A DNA stretch of 64,000 nt, from contig OZ024743.1 in the NCBI GenBank assembly GCA_964016885.1, forward strand, positions 209,870,001 to 209,934,000, read 5' to 3'. The position numbers and the translations under genes are program-made. The notes beneath the pieces were generated by a model. That model made no database searches. It saw only the letters and a program-made list of their open reading frames with translations, and was not told the origin of the DNA. Source of the stretch: Eledone cirrhosa. Lineage: Eukaryota. Positions 1-13,400 of the stretch are shown piece by piece; the first letter of the stretch is position 1, and every line of letters begins with the position of its first letter.

Positions 1-1538
1 AAGCTCTTCACTCCATAAGATATACCACAGTTTACCATCCTATAGCCATACATGAAAGCTCTTCACTCCATAAGATATACCACAGTTTACATTCCTATAG
101 CCACACATGAAAGTTCTTCACTCGATAAGATATACCACAGTTTACCATCCTATAGCCACACATGAAAGCTCTTCACTCCATAAGATATACCACAGTTTAC
201 CATCCTATAGCCAGATGAAAGCTCTTCACTCCATAAGATATACGACAGTTTACCATCCTATAGCCACACATGAAAGCTCTTCAATCCATAAGATATACCC
301 CAGTTTACCATCCTATAGCCAGATGAAAGCTCTTCACACCATAAGATATACCACAGTTTACCACCCTATAGCCACAGATGAAAGCTCTTCACTCCATGAG
401 ATATACCACAGTTTACCATCCTATAGCCACGCCACGGATGAAAGCTCTTCACTCCATAAGATATACCACAGTTTACAATCCTATAGCCACAGATGAAAGC
501 TCTTCACTCCATAAGGTATACCACAGTTTACCATCCTATGGCCACAGATGAAATCTCTTCACTCCATAAGATATACCACAGTTTACTATCCTATAGCCAC
601 AGATGAAAGCTCTTCACTCGATAAGATATACCACAGTTTACCATCCTATAGCCACACATGAAAGCTCTTCACTCCATAAGATATACCACAGTTTACCATC
701 CTATAGTCAAGCCACGGATGAAAGCTCTTCACTCCATAAGATATACCACAGTTTACGATCCTATAGTCACACATGAAAGCTCTTCACTCCATAAGATATA
801 ACACAGTTTACCATCCTATAGCCAGATGAAAGCTCTTCACTCCATAAGATATACCACAATTTACCATCCTATAGCCACAGATGAAAGCTCTTCACTCCAT
901 AAGATATACCACAGTTTACCATCCTATAGCCACACATGAAAGCTCTTCACCCCATAAGATATACCACAGTTTACCATCCTATTGCCACACATGAAAGTTT
1001 TTCACTCGATAAGATATACCACAGTTTATCATCCTATAGCCACACATGAGAGCTCTTCACTCCATAAGATATACGACAGTTTACCATCCTATAGTCAGAT
1101 GAAAGCTCTTCACTCCATAAGATATACGACAGTTTACCATCCTATAGCCACACATGAAAGTTCTTCACTCGATAAGATATACCACAGTTTACCATCCTAT
1201 CGCCACACATGAAAGCTCTTCACTCCATAAGATATACCACAGTTTACCATCCTATAGCCACAGATGAAAGCTCTTCACTCCATAAGATATACCACAGTTT
1301 ACCATCCTATAGCCACAGATGAAAGCTCTTCACCCCATAAGATACACCACAGTTTACCATCCTATAGCCACACATGAAAGCTCTTCACTCCATAAGATAT
1401 ACCACAGTTTACCATCCTATAGCCACACAGGAAAGCTCTTCACTCCATAAGATATACCACAGTCTACCATTCTATAGCCACAGATGAAAGCTCTTCACCC
1501 CATAAGATATACCACAGTTTACCATCCTATAGCCACAC

Positions 1539-2030
1539 ATGAAAGTTCTTCACTCGATAAGATATACCACAGTTTACCATCCTATAGCCACACATGAAAG
1601 CTCTTCACTCCATAAGATATATCACAGTTTACCATCCTATAGCAAGATGAAAGCTCTTCACTCCATAAGATATACGACAGTTTACCATCCTATAGCCACA
1701 CATGAAAACTCTTCAATCCATAAGATATACCTCAGTTTACCATCTTATAGCCACAGATTAAAGCTCTTCACTCCATAAGATATACGACAGTTTACCATCC
1801 TATAGCCACACATGAAAGTTCTTCACTCGATAAGATATACCACAGTTTACCATCCTATAGCCACACATGAAAGCTCTTCACTCCATAAGATATACCACAG
1901 TTTACCATCCTATAGCCAGATGAAAGCTCTTCACTCCATAAGATATACGACAGTTTACCATCCTATAGCCACACATGAAAGCTCTTCAATCCATAAGATA
2001 TACCTCAGTTTACCATCCTATAGCCACAGA
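1539..2030 (+). repeat. Local 5-monomer (273 bp) duplication
   Basis: The ordered variants GTTCT/CTCG, 53-mer, TACGAC, TCAATCC+CCTCAG start at 1539 and again at 1812. The offset 273 equals 4x55+53. Confidence 0.75.
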
Positions 2031-3349
2031 TGAAAGCTATTCACTCCATAAGATGTACCACAGTTTACCATCCTATAGCCACACATGAGAGCTCTTCACT
2101 CCATAAGATATACCACAGTTTACCATCCTATAGCCACAGATGAAAGCTCATCACTCCATAAGATATACCACAGTTTACCATCCTATGGCCACACATGAAA
2201 GCTCTTCACCCCATAAGATATACCTCAGTTTACCATCCTATAGCCACAGATGAAAGCTCTTCACTCCATAAGATATACCACAGTTTACCATCCTATAGCC
2301 ACAGATGAAAGCTCTTCACTCCATAAGATATACCACAGTTTACCATCCTATAGCCACACATGAAAGCTCTTCACTCCATAAGATATACCACAGTTTACCA
2401 TCCTATGGCCACACATGAAAGCTCTTCACCCCATAAGATATACCACAGTTTACCATCCTATAGCCACACATGAAAGCTCTTCACTCCATAAGATATACCA
2501 CAGTTTACCATCCTATAGCCACACATGAAAGCTCTTCACTCCATAAGATATACTACAGTTTACCATCCTATAGCCACAGATGAAAGCTCTTCACCCCATA
2601 AGATATACCACAGTTTACCATCCTATAGCCAGACATGAAAGCTCTTCACTCCATAAGATATACCACAGTTTACCATCCTATTGCCACACATGAAAGTTCT
2701 TCACTCGATAAGATATACCACAGTTTACCATCCTATAGCCACACATGAAAGCTCTTCACTCCATAAGATATACCACAGTTTACCATCCTATAGCCAGATG
2801 AAAGCTCTTCACTCCATAAGATATACGACAGTTTACCATCCTATAGCCACACATGAAAGCTCTTCAATCCATAAGATATACCACAGTTTACCATCCTATA
2901 GCCAGATGAAAGCTCTTCATTCCATAAGATATACCACAGTTTACCACCCTATAGCCACAGATGAAAGCTCTTCACTCCATGAGATATACCAGTTTACCAT
3001 CCTATAGCCACGCCACGGATGAAAGCTCTTCACTCCATAAGATATACCACAGGTAGCAATCCTATAGCCACAGATGAAAGCTCTTCACTCCATAAGATAT
3101 ACCACAGTTTACCATCCTATGGCCACAGATGAAAGCTCTTCACTCCATAAGATATACCACAGTTTACCATCCTATAGCCACAGATGAAAGCTCTTCACTT
3201 CATAAGATATACCACAGTTTACCTTCCTATAGCCACACATGAAAGCTCTTCACTCCATAAGATATACCACAGTTTACCATCCTATAGTCAAGCCACGGTT
3301 GAAAGCTCTTCACTCCCTAAGATATACCACAGTTTACCATCCTATAGTC

Positions 3350-6000
3350 ACACATGAAAGCTCTTCACTCCATAAGATATACCACAGTTTACCATCCTAT
3401 AGCCAGATGAAAGCTCTTCACTCCATAAGATATACCACAGTTTACCATCCTATAGCCACAGATGAAAGCTCTTCACTCCATAAGATATACCACAGTTTAC
3501 CATCCTATAGCCACAGATGAAAGCTCTTCACTCCATAAGATATACCACAGTTTACATTCCTATAGCCACAGATGAAAGCTGTTCACTCCATAAGATATAC
3601 CACAGTTTACCATCCTATAGCCACACATGAAAGCTCTTCACTCCATAAGATATACCACAGTTTAACATCCTATAGCCACACATGAAAGCTCTTCACTCCA
3701 TAAGATATACCACAGTTTACCATCCTATAGCCAGATGAAAGCTCTTCACTCCATAAGATATACCACAGTTAACCATCCTATAGCCACAGATGAAAGCTCT
3801 TCACTCCAAAAGATATACCACAGTTTACCATCCTATAGCCACAGATGAAAGCTGTTCACTCCATAAGATATACCACAGTTTACCATCCTATAGCCACACA
3901 TGAAAGCTCTTCACTCCATAAGATATACCACAGTTTACCATCCTATAGCCACAGATGAAAGCTGTTCACTCCATAATATATACGACAGTTTACCATCCTA
4001 TAGCCACAGATGAAAGCTGTTCACTCCATAAGATATACGACAGTTTACCATCCTATAGCCAGATGAAAGCTCTTCACTCCATAAGATATACCACAGTTTA
4101 CCATCCTATAGCCACAGATGAAAGCTGTTCACTCCATAAGATATACCACAGTTTACCATCCTATAGCCAGATGAAAGCTCTTCACTCCATAAGATATACC
4201 ACAGTTTACCATCCTAAAGCCACAGATGAAAGCTCTTCACTCCATAAGATATACCACAGTTTACCATCCTATAGCCACAGATGAAAGCTGTTTACTCCAT
4301 AAGATATACCACAGTTTACCATCCTATTGCCACACATGAAAGTTATTCACTCCATAAGATATACCACAGTTTACCATCCTATAGCCACAGATGAAAGCTG
4401 TTCACTCCATAAGATATACCATAGTTTACCATCCTATAGCCAGATGAAAGCTCTTCACTCCATAAGATATAGCACAGTTTACCATCCTAAAGCCACAGAT
4501 GAAAGCTCTTCACTCCATAAGATATACCACAGTTTACCATCCTATAGCCACAGATGAAATCTCTTCACTCCATAAGATATACCACAGTTTACCATCCTAT
4601 AGCCACAGATGAAAGCTCTTCACCCCATAAGATATACCACAGTTTACCATCCTATAGCCACACATGAAAGCTCTTCACTCCATAAGATATACCACAGTTT
4701 ACCATCCTGTAGCCACAGATAAAAGCTCTTCACCCCATAAGATATACCACAGTTTACCATCCTATAGCCACACATGAAAGCTCTTCACTCCATAAGATAT
4801 ACCACAGTTTACCATCCTATAGCCACACATGAATGCTCTTCACTCCATAAGATATACCACAGTTTACCATCCTATAGCCACACATGAAAGCTCTTCACTC
4901 CATAAGATATACCACAGTTTACCATCCTATAGCCACACATGAAAGCTCTTCACTCCATAAGATATACCACAGTTTACCATCCTATAGCCACAGATGAAAG
5001 CTCTTCACCCCATAAGATATACCACAGTTTACCATCCTATAGCCACACATGAAAGCTCTTCACTCCATAAGATATACCACATTTTACCATCCTATAGCCA
5101 CACATGAAAGCTCTTCACTCCATAAGATATACCACAGTTTACCATCCTATAGTCACACATGAAAGCTCTTCACTCCATAAGATATACCACAGTTTACCAT
5201 CCTATAGCCAGATGAAAGCTCTTCACTCCATAAGATATACCACAGTTTACCATCCTATAGCCACAGATGAAAGCTCTTCACTCCATAAGATATACCACAG
5301 TTTACCATCCTATAGCCACAGATGAAAGCTCTTCACTCCATAAGATATACCACAGTTTACATTCCTATAGCCACAGATGAAAGCTGTTCACTCCATAAGA
5401 TATACCACAGTTTACCATCCTATAGCCACACATGAAAGCTCTTCACTCCATAAGATATACCACAGTTTACCATCCTATAGCCACACATGAAAGCTCTTCA
5501 CTCCATAAGATATACCACAGTTTACCTTCCTATAGCCAAATGAAAGCTCTTCACTCCATAAGATATACCACAGTTAACCATCCTATAGCCACAGATGAAA
5601 GCTCTTCACTCCAAAAGATATACCACAGTTTACCATCCTATAGCCACAGATGAAAGCTGTTCACTCCATAAGATATACCACAGTTTACCATCCTATAGCC
5701 ACACATGAAAGCTCTTCACTCCATAAGATATACCACAGTTTACCATCCTATAGCCACAGATGAAAGCTGTTCATTCCATAATATATACGACAGTTTACCA
5801 TCCTATAGCCACAGATGAAAGCTGTTCACTCCATAAGATATACGACAGTTTACCATCCTATAGCCAGATGAAAGCTCTTCACTCCATAAGATATACCACA
5901 GTTTACCATCCTATAGCCACAGATGAAAGCTGTTCACTCCATAAGATATACCACAGTTTACCATCCTATAGCCAGATGAAAGCTCTTCACTCCATAAGAT
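3350..6000 (+). repeat. Block at ~3.35-4.2 kb repeated at +1805 bp (~5.15-6.0 kb)
   Basis: TTTACATTCC occurs at 3551 and 5356. GTTAACC, CTCCAAAAGA and CCATAATATATACGAC follow in the same order. ORFs at 3955 and 5760 match. Confidence 0.85.
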
Positions 6001-9000
6001 ATACCACAGTTTACCATCCTATAGCCACAGATGAAAGCTCTTCACCCCATAAGATATACCACAGTTTACCATCCTATAGCCACAGATGAAAGCTCTTCAC
6101 CCCATAAGATATACCACAGTTTACCATCCTATAGCCACACATGAAAGCTCTTCACTCCATAAGATATACCACATTTTACCATCCTATAGCCACACATGAA
6201 AGCTCTTCACTCCATAAGATATACCACAGTTTACCATCCTATAGTCACACATGAAAGCTCTTCACTGCATAAGATATACCACAGTTTACCATCCTATAGC
6301 CAGATGAAAGCTCTTCACTCCATAAGATATACCACAGTTTACCATCATATAGCCACAGATGAAAGCTCTTCAGCCCATAAGATATACCACAGTTTACCAT
6401 CCTATAGCCACAGATGAAAGCTCTTCACTCCAAAAGATATACCACAGTTTACCATCCTATAGCCACAGATGAAAGCTGTTCACTCCAAAAGATATACCAC
6501 AGTTTACCATCCTATAGCCACAGATGAAAGCTGTTCACTCCATAAGATATACCACAGTTTACCATCCTATAGCCAGATGAAAGCTCTTCACTCCATAAGA
6601 TATACCACAGTTTACCATCCTATAGCCACAGATGAAAGCTGTTCACTCCATAAGATATACCACAGTTTACCATCCTATAGCCAGATGAAAGCTCTTCACT
6701 CCATAAGATATAGCACAGTTTACCATCCTAAAGCCACAGATGAAAGTTCTTCACTCCATAAGATATACCACAGTTTACCATCCTATAGCCACAGATGAAA
6801 GCTCTTCACTCCATAAGATATACCACAGTTTACCATCCTATAGCCACAGATGAAAGCTCTTCACTCCATAAGATATACCACAGTTTACCATCCTATAGCC
6901 ACAGATGAAAGCTCTTCACCCCATAAGATATACCACAGTTTACCATCCTATAGCCACACATGAAAGCTCTTCACTCCATAAGATATACCACAGTTTACCA
7001 TCCTATAGCCACAGATGAAAGCTCTTCACCCCATAAGATATACCACAGTTTACCATCCTATAGCCACACATGAAAGCTCTTCACTCCATAAGATATACTA
7101 CAGTTTACCATCCTATAGCCACACATGAAAGCTCTTCACTCCATAAGATATACCACAGTTTACCATCCTATAGCCACACATGAAAGCTCTTCACTCCATA
7201 AGATATACCACAGTTTACCATCCTATAGCCACACATGAAAGCTCTTCACTCCATAAGATATACCACAGTTTACCATCCTATAGCCACAGATGAAAGCTCT
7301 TCACCCCATAAGATATACCACAGTTTACCATCCTATAGCCACAGATGAAAGCTCTTCACCCCATAAGATATACCACAGTTTACCATCCTATAGCCACACA
7401 TGAAAGCTCTTCACTCCATAAGATATACCACATTTTACCATCCTATAGCCACACATGAAAGCTCTTCACTCCATAAGATATACCACAGTTTACCATCCTA
7501 TAGTCACACATGAAAGCTCTTCACTGCATAAGATATACCACAGTTTAAAATCCTATAGCCAGATGAAAGCTCTTCACTCCATAAGATATACCACAGTTTA
7601 CCATCATATAGCCACAGATGAAAGCTCTTCAGCCCATAAGATATACCACAGTTTACCATCCTATAGCCACAGATGAAAGCTCTTCACTCCAAAAGATATA
7701 CCACAGTTTACCATCCTATAGCCACAGATGAAAGCTGTTCACTCCAAAAGATATACCACAGTTTACCATCCTATAGCCACACATGAAAGCTCTTCACTCC
7801 ATAAGATATACCACAGTTTACCATCCTATAGCCACAGATGAAAGCTGTTCACTCCATAATATATACGACAGTTTACCATCCTATAGCCACAGATGAAAGC
7901 TCTTCACTCCATAAGATATACCACAGTTTACCATCCTATAGCCACAGATGAAAGCTGTTCACTCCATAAGATAGACAACAGTTTACCATCCTATAGTCAC
8001 ACATGAAAACTCTTCACTCCATAAGATATACCACAGTTTACCATCCTATAGCCAGATGAAAGCTCTTCACTCCATAAGATATACCACAGTTTACCATCCT
8101 ATAGCCACAGATGAAAGCTGTTCACTCCATAAGATATACCACAGTTTACCATCCTATAGCCAGATGAAAGCTCTTCACTCCATAAGATATAGCACAGTTT
8201 ACCATCCTAAAGCCACAGATGAAAGCTCTTCACTCCATAAGATATACCACAGTTTACCATCCTATAGCCACACATGAAAGCTCTTCACTCCATAAGATAT
8301 ACCACAGTTTACCATCCTATAGCCACAGATGAAAGCTCTTCACTCCATAAGATATACCACAGTTTACCATCCTATAGCCACAGATGAAAGCTCTTCACTC
8401 CATAAGATATACCACAGTTTACCATCCTATAGCCACAGATGAAAGCTGTTCACTCCATAAGATAGACAACAGTTTACCATCCTATAGTCACACATGAAAG
8501 CTCTTCACTCCATAAGATATACCACAGTTTACCATCCTATAGCCAGATGACAGCTCTTCACTCCATAAGATATACCACAGTTTACCATCCTATAGCCACA
8601 GATGAAAGCTGTTCACTCCATAAGATATACCACAGTTTACCATCCTATAGCCAGATGAAAGCTCTTCACTCCATAAGATATAGCACAGTTTACCATCCTA
8701 AAGCCACAGATGAAAGCTCTTCACTCCATAAGATATACCACAGTTTACCATCCTATAGCCACACATAAAAGCTCTTCACTCCATAAGATATACCACAGTT
8801 TACCATCCTATAGCCACAGATGAAAGCTCTTCACTCCATAAGATATACCACAGTTTACCATCCTATAGCCACAGATGAAAGCTCTTCACTCCATAAGATA
8901 TACCACAGTTTACCATCCTATAGCCACAGATGAAAGCTCTTCACCCCATAAGATATACCACAGTTTACCATCCTATAGCCACACATGAAAGCTCTTCACT

Positions 9001-10400
9001 CCATAAGATATACCACAGTTTACCATCCTGTAGCCACAGATGAAAGCTCTTCACCCCATAAGATATACCACAGTTTACCATCCTATAGCCACACATGAAA
9101 GCTCTTCACTCCATAAGATATACCACAGTTTACCATCCTATAGCCACACATGAAAGCTCTTCACTCCATAAGATATACCACAGTTTACCGTCCTATAGCC
9201 ACACATGAAAGCTCTTCACTCCATAAGATATACCACAGTTTACCATCCTATAGCCACACATGAAAGCTCTTCACTCCATAAGATATACCACAGTTTACCA
9301 TCCTATAGCCACAGATGAAAGCTCTTCACCCCATAAGATATACCACAGTTTACCATCCTATAGCCACAGATGAAAGCTCTTCACGCCATAAGATATACCA
9401 CAGTTTACCATCCTATAGCCACACATGAAAGCTCTTCACTCCATAAGATATACCACATTTTACCATCCTATAGCCACACATGAAAGCTCTTCACTCCATA
9501 AGATATACCACAGTTTACCATCCTATAGTCACACATGAAAGCTCTTCACTCCATAAGATATACCACAGTTTACCATCCTATAGCCAGATGAAAGCTCTTC
9601 ACTCCATAAGATATACCACAGTTTACCATCCTATAGCCACAGATGAAAGCTCTTCACTCCATAAGATATACCACAGTTTACCATCCTATAGCCACAGATG
9701 AAAGCTCTTCACTCCATAAGATATACCACAGTTTACATTCCTATAGCCACAGATGAAAGCTGTTCACTCCATAAGATATACCACAGTTTACCATCCTATA
9801 GCCACACATGAAAGCTCTTCACTCCATAAGATATACCACAGTTTACCATCCTATAGCCACACATGAAAGCTCTTCACTCCATAAGATATACCACAGTTTA
9901 CCGTCCTATAGCCAGATGAAAGCTCTTCACTCCATAAGATATACCACAGTTAACCATCCTATAGCCACAGATGAAAGCTCTTCACTCCAAAAGATATACC
10001 ACAGTTTACCATCCTATAGCCACAGATGAAAGCTGTTCACTCCATAAGATATACCACAGTTTACCATCCTATAGCCACACATGAAAGCTCTTCACTCCAT
10101 AAGATATACCACAGTTTACCATCCTATAGCCACAGATGAAAGCTGTTCATTCCATAATATATACGACAGTTTACCATCCTATAGCCACAGATGAAAGCTG
10201 TTCACTCCATAAGATATACGACAGTTTACCATCCTATAGCCAGATGAAAGCTCTTCATTCCATAAGATATACCACAGTTTACCATCCTATAGCCACAGAT
10301 GAAAGCTGTTCACTCCATAAGATATACCACAGTTTACCATCCTATAGCCAGATGAAAGCTCTTCACTCCATAAGATATACCACAGTTTACCATCCTATAG
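4500..10400 (+). repeat. Block at ~4.5-6.0 kb repeated at +4321/+4376 bp (~8.8-10.4 kb)
   Basis: The rare CCTGTAG variant is at 4709 and 9030. ORF pairs 5104/9480, 5432/9808 and 5760/10136 share offset 4376, and both copies carry TCATTCCATAATA. Confidence 0.85.
7890..8930 (+). repeat. 9-monomer (491 bp) tandem duplication
   Basis: ATAGACAACA occurs at 7971 and 8462, and ORFs 8056/8547 match. The offset 491 equals 7x55+2x53. Confidence 0.85.
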
Positions 10401-13400
10401 CCACAGATGAAAGCTGTTCACTCCATAAGATATAGCACAGTTTACCATCCTATAGCCATATGAAAGCTCTTCACTCCATAAGATATAGCACAGTTTACCA
10501 TCCTAAAGCCACAGATGAAAGTTCTTCACTCCATAAGATATACCACAGTTTACCATCCTATAGCCACAGATGAAAGCTCTTCACTCCATAAGATATACCA
10601 CAGTTTACCATCCTATAGCCACAGATGAAAGCTCTTCACTCCATAAGATATACCACAGTTTACCATCCTATAGCCACAGATGAAAGCTCTTCACCCCATA
10701 AGATATACCACAGTTTACCATCCTATAGCCACACATGAAAGCTCTTCACTCCATAAGATATACCACAGTTTACCATCCTATAGCCACAGATGAAAGCTCT
10801 TCACCCCATAAGATATACCACAGTTTACCATCCTATAGCCACAGATGAAAGCTCTTCACCCCATAAGATATACCACAGTTTACCATCCTATAGCCACACA
10901 TGAAAGCTCTTCACTCCATAAGATATACCACATTTTACCATCCTATAGCCACACATGAAAGCTCTTCACTCCATAAGATATACCACAGTTTACCATCCTA
11001 TAGTCACACATGAAAGCTCTTCACTCCATAAGATATACCACAGTTTACCATCCTATAGCCAGATGAAAGCTCTTCACTCCATAAGATATACCACAGTTTA
11101 CCATCATATAGCCACAGATGAAAGCTCTTCACCCCATAAGATATACCACAGTTTACCATCCTATAGCCACAGATGAAAGCTGTTCACTCCAAAAGATATA
11201 CCACAGTTTACCATCCTATAGCCACAGATGAAAGCTGTTCACTCCATAAGATATACCACAGTTTACCATCCTATAGCCACACATGAAAGCTCTTCACTCC
11301 ATAAGATATACCACAGTTTACCATCCTATAGCCACAGATGAAAGCTGTTCACTCCATAATATATACGACAGTTTACCATCCTATAGCCACAGATGAAAGC
11401 TGTTCACTCCATAAGATATACGACAGTTTACCATCCTATAGCCAGATGAAAGCTCTTCACTCCATAAGATATACCACAGTTTACCATCCTATAGCCACAG
11501 ATGAAAGCTGTTCACTCCATAAGATAGACAACAGTTTACCATCCTATAGTCACACATGAAAGCTCTTCACTCCATAAGATATACCACAGTTTACCATCCT
11601 ATAGCCAGATGAAAGATCTTCACTCCATAAGATATACCACAGTTTACCATCCTATAGCCACAGATGAAAGCTGTTCACTCCATAAGATATACCACAGTTT
11701 ACCATCCTATAGCCAGATGAAAGCTGTTCACTCCATAAGATATACCACAGTTTACCATCCTAAAGCCACAGATGAAAGCTTTTCACTCCATAAGATATAT
11801 CACAGTTTACCATCCTATAGCCACAGATGAAAGCTCTTCACTCCATAAGATATACCACAGTTTACCATCCTATAGCCACAGATGAAAGCTCTTCACTCCA
11901 TAAGATATACCACAGTTTACCATCCTATAGCCACAGATGAAAGCTCTTCACTCCATAAGATATACCACAGTTTACCATCCTATAGCCACAGATGAAAGCT
12001 CTTCACCCCATAAGATATACCACAGTTTACCATCCTATAGCCACACATGAAAGCTCTTCACTCCATAAGATATACCACAGTTTACCATCCGATAGCCACA
12101 GATGAAAGCTCTTCACCCCATAAGATATACCACAGTTTACCATCCTATAGCCACACATGAAAGCTCTTCACTCCATAAGATATACCACAGTTTACCATCC
12201 TATAGCCACACATGAAAGCTCTTCACTCCATAAGATATACCACAGTTTACCATCCTATAGCCACACATGAAAGCTCTTCACCCCATAAGATATACCACAG
12301 TTTACCATCCTAGAGCCACAGATGAAAGCTCTTCACCCCATAAGATATACCACAGTTTACCATCCTAAAGCCACACATGAAATCTCTTCACTCCATAAGA
12401 TATACCACAGTTTACCATCCTATAGCCACAGATGAAAGCTCTTCACTCCATAAGATATACCTCAGTTTACCATCCTATAGCCACAGATGAAAGCTCTTCA
12501 CTCCATAAGATATACCACAGTTTACTATCCTATAGCCACACATGAGAGCTCTTCACTCCATAAGATATACCACAGTTTACCATCCTATGGCCACACATGA
12601 AAGCTCTTCACCCCATAAGAAATACCACAGTTTACCATCCTATAGCCAGATGAAAGCTCTTCACTCCGTAAAATATACCACAGTTTACCATCCTATAGCC
12701 ACACATGAAATCTCTTCACTCCATAAGATATACCACAGTTTACCATCCTATAGCCAGAGATGAAAGCTGTTCACTCCATAAGATATACGACAGTTTACCA
12801 TCCTATAGCCACAGATGAAAGCTGTTCACTCCATAAGATATACGACAATTTACTATCCTATAGCCAGATGAAAGCTCTTCACTCCATAAGATATACCACA
12901 GATTACCACCCTATAGCCACAGATGAAAGCTCTTCACTCCATGAGATATACCACAGTTTACCATCCTATAGCCACGCCACGGATGAAAGCTCTTCACTCC
13001 AGAAGATATACCACAGTTTACAATCCTATAGCCACAGATGAAAGCTGTTTACTCCATAAGATATACCACAGTTTACCATCCTACAGCCAGATGAAAGCTC
13101 TTCACTCCATAAGATATACCACAGTTTACCATCCTATAGCCACAGATGAAAGCTCTTCACTCCATAAGATATACCACAGTTTACCATCCTATAGCCACAG
13201 ATGAAAGCTGTTTACTCCATAAGATATACCACAGTTTACCATCCTATAGCCAGATGAAAGCTCTTCACTCCATAAGATATACCACAGTTTACCATCCTAA
13301 AGCCACATATGAAAGCTCTTCACTCCATAAGATATACCACAGTTTACCATCCTATAGCCACAGATGAAAGCTGTTTACTCCATAAGATATACCACAGTTT

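Noticed and set aside
107-2710. Heat-shock element in the GAAAGTTC variant and TATA-like TATA motifs
   Set aside because: There are only two nGAAn units where three are normally needed, and TATAG/TATAC is not a TATAWAW box. No downstream gene exists.
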